Below the pieces are notes generated by a model. That model made no database searches. It saw only the letters and a list, made by a program, of their open reading frames with translations, and had not been told where the DNA came from. This document shows positions 9,857-19,697 of a stretch of DNA of 61,271 nt, in pieces; position 1 is the stretch's first letter; every line of letters begins with the position of its first letter. This DNA comes from Thermoanaerobaculia bacterium. Lineage in GTDB: Bacteria; Acidobacteriota; Thermoanaerobaculia; UBA5066; Gp7-AA6. The stretch spans positions 1-61,271 of the forward strand of contig DATIBN010000268.1 of assembly GCA_035457525.1 (NCBI GenBank). Direction: 5' to 3'. Made by a program: the position numbers and the translations under genes.

Positions 9857-11140
9857 CTACAGCGCCGCGGCGAGGTCGGGCGCGGTCAGGGGCAGCTTCC
9901 CGACGTTGCCCACGACCGAGAGAGACAGGACCTTTCCGTCGAGGAGGCGCTCGGCCTCCTCCGCGACGTCGTCGGAGGTGACGGCGTCCGCCCGGGCGAC
10001 CCACTCTTCCATCGGGGCCACCCGGCCCAGGTAGAACTCCTGCCGGGCCTGCGACGACATGCGGGAGATCGTGGACTCCAGCGCCAGGATCAGGTTTCCC
10101 TTCAGGTTCTGCTTGGCCCAGGCGAGCTCCCGGGGCCGCACGCCTTCACGCTTGAGCTTGCGGAGCTCCCGGAACGTGACTTCGAGCACCCGCGACAGGT
10201 TCTTGGGGGCGCACGCCGCGTAAATCGTCTCGTATCCCCCGAGCCGATAGGAGTTCAGGCTCGAAGCGATCGAGTACACCAGCCCCCGCTTCTCCCGGAC
10301 CTCCTGGAAGAGACGCGAGGACATCCCCCCGCCGAGCACGATGTCGAGCAGGTGGGCCGCGAACCTCCGGCCGCTCCCCTGCGGCGGGCCCTCGACGCCC
10401 AGGCAGACGTGCGCCTGCTCGAGGCCCCGGCGCGATTTGACCTGGAGGTGCTGGTGCGAGTGCGGCTTCGCGCCCTGCCGACCCGCCGGACGGCGGCTTC
10501 CGTTGCCGCGGGCGGCCCGGCGCCGGAAGAGCTTCTCGAGTGAATCGAGCACTTCGAGCTCCCGGACGTGGCCGGCGACCGAGACGATCAGGTTGCCCGG
10601 GGTGTACTGCTCGCGGTAGTAACGATAGAGGTCACCGAGCCCGATCGCCTTGACCGTCTCGGCGGTGCCGAGGATCGGCTCCCCCAGAGGGTGGGTGCGC
10701 CAGAACGACCGGATGAACATCTCGTGGACGAGGTCGTCCGGGTTGTCGTTCGTCTCGCCGATCTCCTCGAGGATGACGCCCCGCTCGACCTCGATGTCGC
10801 CGGAGTCGAAGGCCGGGGCGAGCACGATATCTCCCAGCAGGTCCAGAGCTTCCGCGAACCGGGAGTCGAGGGTGTGGGCGTAGAAACCCGTGTACTCCTT
10901 GGTCGTGAAGGCATCCACGTCCCCGCCGAGCCGGTCGATCGCCCGCGCGATCGCGACCGTGGTCCGGCGGCGCGTCCGCTTGAAGAGGACGTGCTCCAGG
11001 AAGTGCGAGAGGCCCCGCTTGCCGGGCGGCTCCTCCCCGGAACCGGACCCGACGAAGAACCCGAGCGAGAACGAGCGGACGTCCTGCATCTCGTCGATCA
11101 GGACGGTCGTTCCGTTCTCCAACAGGTGTTTGCGGACCAT
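9857..11140 (-). CDS. M16 family zinc metallopeptidase (insulinase-like)
   Basis: 427-aa ORF with the inverted zinc motif HFLEH near the N-terminus (GLSHFLEHVLFKRT) and two M16 halves. Confidence 0.85.
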   Translation of the reverse strand: MVRKHLLENGTTVLIDEMQDVRSFSLGFFVGSGSGEEPPGKRGLSHFLEHVLFKRTRRRTTVAIARAIDRLGGDVDAFTTKEYTGFYAHTLDSRFAEALDLLGDIVLAPAFDSGDIEVERGVILEEIGETNDNPDDLVHEMFIRSFWRTHPLGEPILGTAETVKAIGLGDLYRYYREQYTPGNLIVSVAGHVRELEVLDSLEKLFRRRAARGNGSRRPAGRQGAKPHSHQHLQVKSRRGLEQAHVCLGVEGPPQGSGRRFAAHLLDIVLGGGMSSRLFQEVREKRGLVYSIASSLNSYRLGGYETIYAACAPKNLSRVLEVTFRELRKLKREGVRPRELAWAKQNLKGNLILALESTISRMSSQARQEFYLGRVAPMEEWVARADAVTSDDVAEEAERLLDGKVLSLSVVGNVGKLPLTAPDLAAAL

Positions 11141-11255
11141 TCGGGTCTCCCGGCAGGCCTGCCAATTCTACGTCCGGGGCCGCGGAAGGGGTCCCATGCC
11201 ATTAAACGTTGAAAAATAAGAGTTTATCTGCGAAAACGGGGGGCCGACGAACCGG

Positions 11256-11864
11256 CTAGGGCCTTCGCACGGGGGTCAATCGGAGGCTGCCCGGGTTGAA
11301 AGGAGCGAGGTTCACGTCGCTGTCGGCGTCCCCGACGATGAAGCGCCACTCGTCGTAGTAGCGCCGGCCACGCCATTCCCGGAGCGCCTCTCGGTGCACC
11401 TTGGACCGGACCCCGACGATCGGACCCACGTTTTTCTCCTCCCCCTCCTTGCCGAAGGCGCCGGGCGTCGGGGTCGGCTTCAGGAGGTTGGAGTAAGTCG
11501 CGGGAGGTCGGTTGCTCGGGTCGACGTTCTGATCGAGAAACGGCACAGAGTCCGCCTGCCCCTGGATCAGCAGCTTCCAGTCGTCGCAGTCGCACATCGG
11601 GTCCTTCCAGAGCTTCCGCACCGTGCGGGGGTTGTGCTCCCACATCTCCTTCAAGGACGTGGGATAGCGGCCGTAACGTCTCTGGAAGAGGGCGATCGAG
11701 CGCGCGTACTGCTTGCCCCGGAAGAGGAGCTCCTCCTCCCGCTCGCGGCGCATGATCGTCCCGATCGAGGGTCCGACCGCCGCGATCAGGATCGACAGGA
11801 TCGCGATAAAGATCACGATGGCGACCATCGTGAAGCCCTGCTGGGAGCGGAAGGGTCTTCTCAC
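11256..11864 (-). CDS. Prepilin-type N-terminal domain protein (minor pseudopilin-like, lacks Glu+5)
   Basis: GTG at 11864 (GTGA overlap with the upstream stop) gives VRRPFRSQQG|FTMVAIVIFIAILSILIAAV. It has a prepilin cleavage motif and a hydrophobic helix, but Ala replaces the usual Glu at +5. Confidence 0.7.
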   Translation of the reverse strand: MRRPFRSQQGFTMVAIVIFIAILSILIAAVGPSIGTIMRREREEELLFRGKQYARSIALFQRRYGRYPTSLKEMWEHNPRTVRKLWKDPMCDCDDWKLLIQGQADSVPFLDQNVDPSNRPPATYSNLLKPTPTPGAFGKEGEEKNVGPIVGVRSKVHREALREWRGRRYYDEWRFIVGDADSDVNLAPFNPGSLRLTPVRRP

Positions 11865-12286
11865 CAGTCCTTGTAAGCCGTTCCGTCCAGGGCCTTGCCG
11901 GTCGAGCCGCTGTGAACGTCCGTGACTCCGGGCGTCGCGATCTCCTCGGTCGAGCTCTCCGCTTCCGAGGCCGGGTCGAGCTCCTCGTAGCTGACGACCC
12001 ACGTGTCCCGGGACTTGGTCATCGGATCCACGGGGATCTGCCGGAGATACCCCTCGGAAACGAGGGTCGCCAGCTCCGGCGGGTAGTAGCCCTTGTCGCC
12101 ATGGAACTGGTCGATCGTGCTCCGCATCGTGAAGAGGTTCTCTTTGAGTGCGGCTTCGCGGGCGCGCTGCGGCGAATCGCGCAGGGCCGGGATCGCGACG
12201 GCGGCGAGGATGCCGATGATCGTCATGACGACGAGCAGCTCGAGGAGGGTGAAGCCCGCGGAATCGTTGTGTGTCCTGTCTGCCAT
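11861..12286 (-). CDS. GspG-like (T2SS major pseudopilin type) prepilin
   Basis: MADRTHNDSAG|FTLLELLVVMTIIGILAAVAIP..., a classic N-methylation motif with Glu+5. 141 aa. Ends in ...YKDW like its neighbour. Confidence 0.8.
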   Translation of the reverse strand: MADRTHNDSAGFTLLELLVVMTIIGILAAVAIPALRDSPQRAREAALKENLFTMRSTIDQFHGDKGYYPPELATLVSEGYLRQIPVDPMTKSRDTWVVSYEELDPASEAESSTEEIATPGVTDVHSGSTGKALDGTAYKDW

Positions 12287-12780
12287 CACCAGTCCTTGTA
12301 GTACGTGCCGTCGATGCCCCGTCCGGTCGCGAGGGAGTACACGTCGTAGACGTTTTGTCCCCCCCAGGCGAACGAGTCCTTCTCGTCCTGGAACGAGCGC
12401 AGACCCCATTCCGGCTCCTTGGTCATGGGATCGACCGGTATCCGTCGCAGGAACTTCATCTTCTTGTTGACCTGGCCGACGAGGTCCACCCCCTCGACCA
12501 GGCTTTCCAGGTCCGGCGGGTAGCCCTCCGAATCGACTCCGGCCAAGGGGATCAGACCGGCGTCGGAGTACTGCTTGTACTTGTCGATCGCGTTGCGCAT
12601 CAGCCGCAGCTGGTACCGCAGCTCGATCTCGTTCTGGCGCTTCAGGGTGTAGCGCGCGACCGGGATCGCCATCGCGGCCAGGATGGTGATCATCGCGGCC
12701 ACGACGGCCATCTCGACCATCGTGAAGCCCCCGTCCCGGCGTGAGACGTGAGACGTGAGACGTGAGACGTGCTTCGTCAA
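12286..12780 (-). CDS. GspG-like prepilin with an unusually long leader
   Basis: TTG start at 12780 (TTGA overlap with the secretin stop; GAGGTG 8 nt upstream). Leader MTKHVSRLTSHVSRRDGG|FTMVEMAVVAAMITILAAMAIP. No other in-frame ATG/GTG start exists, so the start call is uncertain. Confidence 0.7.
   Translation of the reverse strand: MTKHVSRLTSHVSRRDGGFTMVEMAVVAAMITILAAMAIPVARYTLKRQNEIELRYQLRLMRNAIDKYKQYSDAGLIPLAGVDSEGYPPDLESLVEGVDLVGQVNKKMKFLRRIPVDPMTKEPEWGLRSFQDEKDSFAWGGQNVYDVYSLATGRGIDGTYYKDW
12741..12771 (-). repeat. Heptanucleotide tandem repeat (GTGAGAC)x4 plus a partial unit; (GTCTCAC)x4 on the coding strand
   Basis: Read directly: gtgagac gtgagac gtgagac gtgagac gtg. It lies between the TTG start and the G|F cleavage site of the first pseudopilin. 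Confidence 0.95.
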
Positions 12781-15092
12781 GGAGAGCGCACCTCGATGGC
12801 CGCGTCGGTCGCCGCGACGATCCCTGCGTTCGCCGATTTCTCGAAGGCCAGGCTCGTGCGCCCGGCCCCCATCCCGCGAAGCGTGATCTCGGCGACGGGT
12901 CGGGTGCCGCCGAGCGCGATCCCCCCGGGAAGCTCGAGCACGAGCCGCCCCCCGCCCGTGTTCGTGGCGCCCAGGCCGCCTTCCGCCAGGACCGGGCGGA
13001 CCCCGGCGACGGCCACGACGGCGGGATCGAACTGGATTCCGAGGGTGGCGGCCGGCGTCGAGTCGCCCCCGGTCGCGCGGACGAGAATCGTCTTTTCTTC
13101 GCCGGGAGCGAGCGAGACGGCCGGCGGGTCGAAGTCGAAGGCGACACCGTCCGACGACTGCGAGACCGCGCCGCTCGGAGGCGTGGGCTGCGGGGGAATG
13201 GCGTCCCGCGGGTTGGGCGTCGGGCGGAACGGATCGTTCGGCAGGCCCCCGGGGACGAGGATCTGAGGCGCCGGCGTCACCACCGGCTGTGGCACCGGCG
13301 CGCCCCTCGGCACCGAAGCTGCGGGCTCCCGCCGGCTGAAGTCGAAGGGCCCCTGCGTGGCCGGCGACTCCACCCGGGGGCTCCCCTGGAAGGAGATGTT
13401 CGAGTCGGTGCCGACGTACACGGGCTCCAGGTCTTCGGCCGTGACGTCCGGGATCCGGATGATGTGCGGCGTCAGAGTCAGGACGAGGTCCGTTCCCGTG
13501 TCCGTGGTCGCTTTCTTGGAGAAAAGACGGCCCAGGATCGGGATGTCCCCCAGGAAGGGAACCGAGTTGGTGGTGTTGCTCTTGTCGGAGCGGAAGAGGC
13601 CGGCGAGGAAGTTCGTCTCGCCGTCCTTCAGCCGGATGCTCGAAGCGATCGAGCGGGTGCCGATGATCGGCTGCCTCTGACCGGCCTGGACCTCCACGAA
13701 CCCGTTCAGGTTCGAGACTTCGATCGTGAGCTTCAGGGTCACTTCCTTGTTGTGATGGACGCGGGGCTCGACTTCGATCTTGATTCCGACGTCCTGGTAC
13801 TGGAACGAGGTGACCGGAACGATGTTGCCGCCGATCGTCTGTCCGGTGTTGAACGTCGTCGTCGGAATCGGCACACGGTCGCCGATCACGAGCTGCGCTT
13901 TCTGTCCCTCGGAGATGCGGAGCTGCGGCTTGGCGAGAAGCTCGGCGTCCGTGTTGTTCTTGATGAACGAGTAAGTGATCGAGGGCAGCGTGAACCCGAA
14001 GGAGCGGATCGAGATGTCCTTCAACTGATCCCAGGTGAACGTCCCCTCCGGGGCGTTCGCGCCGAAGTTGGTCTTGCCGCCGCCGGGAGCCTCCAGGATC
14101 GCCTTGGTCTCGTACGCCGTGAGGAGGACGCCCAGGTCCTGCGACTTGGTCGTGTTGATCTGGAGGAGCTCGACGTCGACGACCACCTCGGCCAGCTGCT
14201 TGTCGTTCTGCTCCACGATGCGTTCGGCGATCGACACCTTGTCGGCCGTGTCCCGGAGCGTGATCGAGTTCTCCGCCTTGTTGACGGAGATGCGGGTCGT
14301 CTGGAGGAGAGACCGCAGCGCGTTCGCGACTTCGGTCACGTCGGCGTTCGACAGGAAGAACGTCCGGATCACCAGGTCTTCGTAGGTCTTGCGGTTGGCC
14401 GGGGTGTCGGCGGCGATCAGGATCGTCCGGTCGTCGATCACCTTGTAGAAGTGGTTCTCCTGCCGCATCAGCGTCTCGAGAGCGCGCTGGAATTCCATGT
14501 TGGTGAGGACGATCGCGACGTTGTCGTCCTTCAACTGGGGATCGAAGATCACGTTGATTCCGGCGGCATCGGCGAGCGCCTTGTAGATCTGCTTGATGGG
14601 CTTGGGCTGCGGGAAGGTCAGGCTGATCGGGCGGTCGCTCGCCGGCTCCAGGATCGGCGGCTTCGCGCGGGCGCCGCGGACCTGTCGCTTCAATGTCTCG
14701 AGGCGGGTCTCCCCCGTCCGCTCCGCGATCACCTTGGCGGCCTCTTCGCGCGCCTTGCGCAGCTCCACCTCGGCGTACTGGTTCGTCGGGTCGAGCAGGA
14801 CGGCCTGATCGAGCTCCACCACAGCGAGCTCCGGGCGCCCGGAGGCGCGGTACATCTTGCCCTTCTCGAAGTGGAACTGCGACGCCTTGATCTTCGCCCG
14901 GGCGAGCGCGATCTTGTAGGCGTTGTTGCGCGGCTCGAGCTCGAGGGCGCGCGAATACTTGAGCACGGCGATGTCCCAGTGCTCGACCGCCTCCTCCTGG
15001 CGCGCTTCCCGGAAGGCGCGCGAGCTGGCACAGCCCACGAGGAGCGTCAGCGTTGCGACGATCGCAACACTCAGGTGAATTCGTTTTCTCAT
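12777..15092 (-). CDS. Secretin (PilQ/GspD family) lipoprotein with N-terminal TPR region and a C-terminal Pro-rich linker plus cohesin-like domain
   Basis: ATG at 15092 gives MRKRIHLSVAIVATLTLLVGC (lipobox). TPR-like helices follow, then secretin N domains (FFLSNADVTEVANALRSLL...) and the secretin core (...GDIPILGRLF...LVLTLTPHIIR). About 220 extra C-terminal residues remain. Confidence 0.85.
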   Translation of the reverse strand: MRKRIHLSVAIVATLTLLVGCASSRAFREARQEEAVEHWDIAVLKYSRALELEPRNNAYKIALARAKIKASQFHFEKGKMYRASGRPELAVVELDQAVLLDPTNQYAEVELRKAREEAAKVIAERTGETRLETLKRQVRGARAKPPILEPASDRPISLTFPQPKPIKQIYKALADAAGINVIFDPQLKDDNVAIVLTNMEFQRALETLMRQENHFYKVIDDRTILIAADTPANRKTYEDLVIRTFFLSNADVTEVANALRSLLQTTRISVNKAENSITLRDTADKVSIAERIVEQNDKQLAEVVVDVELLQINTTKSQDLGVLLTAYETKAILEAPGGGKTNFGANAPEGTFTWDQLKDISIRSFGFTLPSITYSFIKNNTDAELLAKPQLRISEGQKAQLVIGDRVPIPTTTFNTGQTIGGNIVPVTSFQYQDVGIKIEVEPRVHHNKEVTLKLTIEVSNLNGFVEVQAGQRQPIIGTRSIASSIRLKDGETNFLAGLFRSDKSNTTNSVPFLGDIPILGRLFSKKATTDTGTDLVLTLTPHIIRIPDVTAEDLEPVYVGTDSNISFQGSPRVESPATQGPFDFSRREPAASVPRGAPVPQPVVTPAPQILVPGGLPNDPFRPTPNPRDAIPPQPTPPSGAVSQSSDGVAFDFDPPAVSLAPGEEKTILVRATGGDSTPAATLGIQFDPAVVAVAGVRPVLAEGGLGATNTGGGRLVLELPGGIALGGTRPVAEITLRGMGAGRTSLAFEKSANAGIVAATDAAIEVRSP

Positions 15093-15116
15093 CGCGATAC
15101 GGACCTTTCTTCTTTT

Positions 15117-15234
15117 GGGGTCAGGTCTCCACTTGCCACATTGGGGGTCCGGTCTCCACTTGCCACTTGCTTCGCAAGATGGCAAGACCACTGCCCCCGA
15201 TCGGGCGATCTGCGACTCGTGAAGACCTGACCCC
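15117..15234. repeat. 118-bp element bounded by GGGGTCAGGTCT...AGACCTGACCCC (subfamily B)
   Basis: Terminal inverted repeats read directly. There is an internal direct duplication of GGTCTCCACTTGCCAC. The element ends at the base before the stop codon (15235-15237) of the PilP-like gene. Confidence 0.85.
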
Positions 15235-15855
15235 TCATTGGGTGATCGGCAGCCTTCTCGTCTCCGTCGGCGGGAAGCCGACGAAACCGACGTCGATCGA
15301 CTCGTAACCGACTTTCCGGATGATCCAGCGCGCGAAGAGGACGTCCCCGGCGCGCGCGTTGATGATTTCGTCACCGTTGGTGAGAACCGCGATCGGACGA
15401 TCCCTCGGACCGAAGATCCCGATCAGCTTGAACGGCGGGTCGGGCGGCGTCGGCGTCGGCGTCGGGGCCGGCGGCGGCAGCGGACCGATGTACGCCGGAT
15501 GGCCGGGCCCCGGGGGCGGCGGGGGCGCGGGCGTGGGGGGAGGAGGCGGAGGCTTCGTCGGCTCCCGCGGGTCGAAGAGGTCGCGCGTCGTGCCCTGGCT
15601 CGACGCCCTCCCGCGCGGGTCGAGATCGCGCGCCGTCAGGAGCGGGATTTCGTCGGCGCCCGGAGTCGGCGCCACGCGTCGTCCGCCCCGGGACGGCCGG
15701 CCTTCGCTCACCTCGACCACAGGGGGCGCGGCCGGGGACGCCGGTTCCGGAGCCTTCGCTTTCGAGCTCCACTTGACGACGAAAAAAAGGAGGAGCACGG
15801 CGAGAACCCCGAAGAGAATCGCCTGCCGGCGCGTGCCGATCGCGATGGCCTTCAT
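15235..15855 (-). CDS. PilP/GspC-like inner-membrane-anchored periplasmic protein (Pro-rich linker)
   Basis: One N-terminal TM helix, a long P/T-rich linker, and a C-terminal beta domain FKLIGIFGPRDRPIAVLTNGDEIINARAGDVL.. resembling the PilP/GspC HR domain. Position after the PilO-like gene. ATGA overlap. Confidence 0.5.
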   Translation of the reverse strand: MKAIAIGTRRQAILFGVLAVLLLFFVVKWSSKAKAPEPASPAAPPVVEVSEGRPSRGGRRVAPTPGADEIPLLTARDLDPRGRASSQGTTRDLFDPREPTKPPPPPPTPAPPPPPGPGHPAYIGPLPPPAPTPTPTPPDPPFKLIGIFGPRDRPIAVLTNGDEIINARAGDVLFARWIIRKVGYESIDVGFVGFPPTETRRLPITQ

Positions 15856-16505
15856 CGCTGGACGGTCCTCTCGACGCTGCGGACGGACTTCCGGGAGGCG
15901 GGGCCGGCGGGCACCGCCGGCGGGCCGGGAACGACGGGCTGCCGGTCCTCGTTGGAGAAATATGTCGCCAGAGCGAGGCGGACCTGGACCTCGCCCACCG
16001 TTTCGGAATCCCGCGAGAGACCCACGTCGCGGACCACGATCCAGCGCGGGTTGACCTCGAAAGCCGCGAGCAGCCGCTTGAACCGCGCGTAGTCGCTGCG
16101 GAAGGAGAAGCTGATCAACATCTGCGTCAGCGGCAGAGTCCGGAGGGGAGTGTTCGCGTAGCTGATGGAGCTCGGCGCGACCTCCGCCTTTCGCAGGACG
16201 GCGTGGACTTCCTGGACCAGGGGCGCGAGGGTCTGTCGACGGGATCCCACCCGGCGTCCGTAGAAGTCCTCGATCGCGGAGGAGACTTGCGCGAGCCGGT
16301 CGCGCTGTTCGGAGAGCTTCTTCGCTTCCGTCTCCCGGGCGGAGACCTGCCTCGTCAGGCTCGCGCGGCGGTCCTCGAGAGCCTGCTTCCGGGCGGCCCG
16401 GATCGACCGGGAGCCCAGCAGAAAGCCGAGGTTCGCGAGAAGGAAGAGACCCGCCACCGTGAGGAGCCCCGCCCGCTGACGCCAGACGTTCTCGCGCCCC
16501 TTCAC
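15852..16505 (-). CDS. PilO/GspM-like bitopic membrane protein
   Basis: Short cytoplasmic N-terminus, one TM, a coiled-coil segment, then a ferredoxin-like C-terminal part. Gene order is M-N-O-P-Q. GTGA overlap. Confidence 0.5.
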   Translation of the reverse strand: MKGRENVWRQRAGLLTVAGLFLLANLGFLLGSRSIRAARKQALEDRRASLTRQVSARETEAKKLSEQRDRLAQVSSAIEDFYGRRVGSRRQTLAPLVQEVHAVLRKAEVAPSSISYANTPLRTLPLTQMLISFSFRSDYARFKRLLAAFEVNPRWIVVRDVGLSRDSETVGEVQVRLALATYFSNEDRQPVVPGPPAVPAGPASRKSVRSVERTVQR

Positions 16506-17086
16506 GGGCCGACCTCCGGCGTGTAAAGGGTCGTGATCACGAAGGCGTGCCCCTCCGGGACCCCCGCCTTCGCTTCGGGGCGCAATTCGGACTGGAGCTC
16601 GACGGCCGCGAAGTACGGCGAGCTCGACAGAGCCGCAACGGTCCGCACGACGCTCTCGGGGCCGCGGCCGAGGAGCCCGATGTTGATGACAACTTCGCCG
16701 GACTCCTGGAATGCGGGCTGGAGGCGGGAGAGCCGCACCTCCGCGGGGAGAACCCGCTCGAGACGGCCGAGGAGCGTGATCCAGGAAAACCGCCGCTCTT
16801 CGACGAGGCGCAGGAGCCCGCGGCTCTCGCCGGCCAGAGCGGAGAGCTGGTACGACCGGAGAGCCTCGCCCGCCTGATCGGCCGCCGCGGCCGCGCGTTC
16901 GTCGCGCTTCTCGAGCCAGGCGATCTCGTCCCGCGTGTCCGCCACCTCGCGCCGGAACTCGCCGTAGAGGGTCGCGTTCACCGCGAAGAGGACGAGTCCG
17001 ACGAGCAGGGCGCCTCCGGCGACGAGATAGACGGGGCGGTAGTCGCGGAACGGCCGGCGTGCGAAGTTGTAATGGAACCCGGCCAC
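16502..17086 (-). CDS. PilN-like (fimbrial assembly family) protein
   Basis: GTG at 17086 gives VAGFHYNFARRPFRDYRPVYLVAGGALLVGLVLFAV..., the conserved N-terminal NLa..P motif followed by a TM, as in PilN. GGAGG lies 5 nt upstream. Confidence 0.6.
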   Translation of the reverse strand: MAGFHYNFARRPFRDYRPVYLVAGGALLVGLVLFAVNATLYGEFRREVADTRDEIAWLEKRDERAAAAADQAGEALRSYQLSALAGESRGLLRLVEERRFSWITLLGRLERVLPAEVRLSRLQPAFQESGEVVINIGLLGRGPESVVRTVAALSSSPYFAAVELQSELRPEAKAGVPEGHAFVITTLYTPEVGP

Positions 17087-18011
17087 TACGTCCTCCCGAA
17101 GACCGCGGCGAACGCGGGAAGGAGCTCGGGCCGGGCGGTGACGCGCTCGTCGAAGCCCCGGTCGGCCGAGAAGAGCTTGCCGGAGATGGGCGTCGGCTTC
17201 ACGGGAAGCGCCGAGGTGCTGGCGAGCTCGCGAGCCGGCGTCGCGTCGTGGACGAAGACGGCAGAAAGTCCAGTGCCGTGCAGCTTCTCGAGGTAGTAGG
17301 AGAGGGACAGGCGGACCTCCTGGTCCTGGTCCTCTTCCCCCTCCTCGTCGGGGCGCTGCCGGAAGAAGACGGGGCTGCCGTTTCGCGCGATGACGAACAC
17401 GAGCGACCCCGGCGAGCGATGCAGGAGCCCATAGTCGCCGCCGGCGAGGGGTGCGAGCACCGACGACAGCCCCTCGAAGAGGGCAAGGCTGGCGGGGGTC
17501 AATGCGCCGACGCGGACGCCCACGCTCTCGAACGACTGCTCGATCGAGCGGAGCAACTCCGTCGGCGCCGCCGCGACGAGCAGGCGGATCTCGCCGCCTT
17601 CGCCGACTCGCGGCATTTCCTCGAACACGACGGAGAGATCCTCGCTGATCCCGGGGAGGAGTTTCTTCAGCTTCCAGAGCACCATGTCGCGGACGGCATC
17701 CTCCGACTCGGGCAGCGTGTCGAAGTCGATGGGGAGGATGCGCGCCCAGGAGTCGGGGAAGACGACGGACGCTTTGGCGAGCCGGCCGCCGGAGAGGTTG
17801 CGCGCCGCGTCCACGGCGCCGGCCACGGCTTCGCGGGAGAAGAGCGGCGTCCCGGTCGGCCCGGCCCCGACGGTGTTCGGCGGGTACGCGAAGTGGCGAG
17901 TCTCGACGAAACCCGGCGCGGGGTCGCGGCGGACGTGCGCCCACGTCACCCCGTCGACGAGCAGGGAGAAGACGTGGGGCGGGACCACCGGCGGCAGAAG
18001 CGGAACTCTCA

Positions 18012-18012
<1 letters not shown>
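17086..18012 (-). CDS. PilM/GspL-like cytoplasmic actin-fold assembly protein
   Basis: 308-aa soluble protein immediately upstream of the PilN-like gene, with weak actin-like/PilM-type sequence character. ATG at 18012 overlaps the GspE stop by 1 nt. Confidence 0.55.
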
Positions 18013-19643
<1,631 letters not shown>

Positions 19644-19697
19644 GTCAGTCCTCAGCTCCGGTTCCGCGTTCGAGCTCCGCGATCGCCATGACCGCGC

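Noticed and set aside
8102-10543. 813-aa + strand and 560-aa - strand ORFs across the kinase / M16 peptidase region
   Set aside because: They are out of frame or antisense to well-supported genes (kinase subdomain motifs, the HFLEH peptidase motif) and have low-complexity Arg/Gly/Pro composition.
15126-15190. Sigma-54 promoter-like strings (TTGCCAC / TGGCAAG / CTTGC) inside the subfamily B repeat elements at 15117 and 30634
   Set aside because: On either strand the GG and GC dinucleotides are spaced by 12 nt, or lack the TTGC element. They do not fit the TGGCAC-N5-TTGC (GG-N10-GC) geometry.
15440-15560. GC-rich short tandem repeats (GGCGTC)n and runs of GGCGG
   Set aside because: They are the coding sequence, read on the opposite strand, of the PTPTPTP/PPPPP linker of the PilP-like protein. 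This is in-frame low-complexity coding, not a regulatory repeat.
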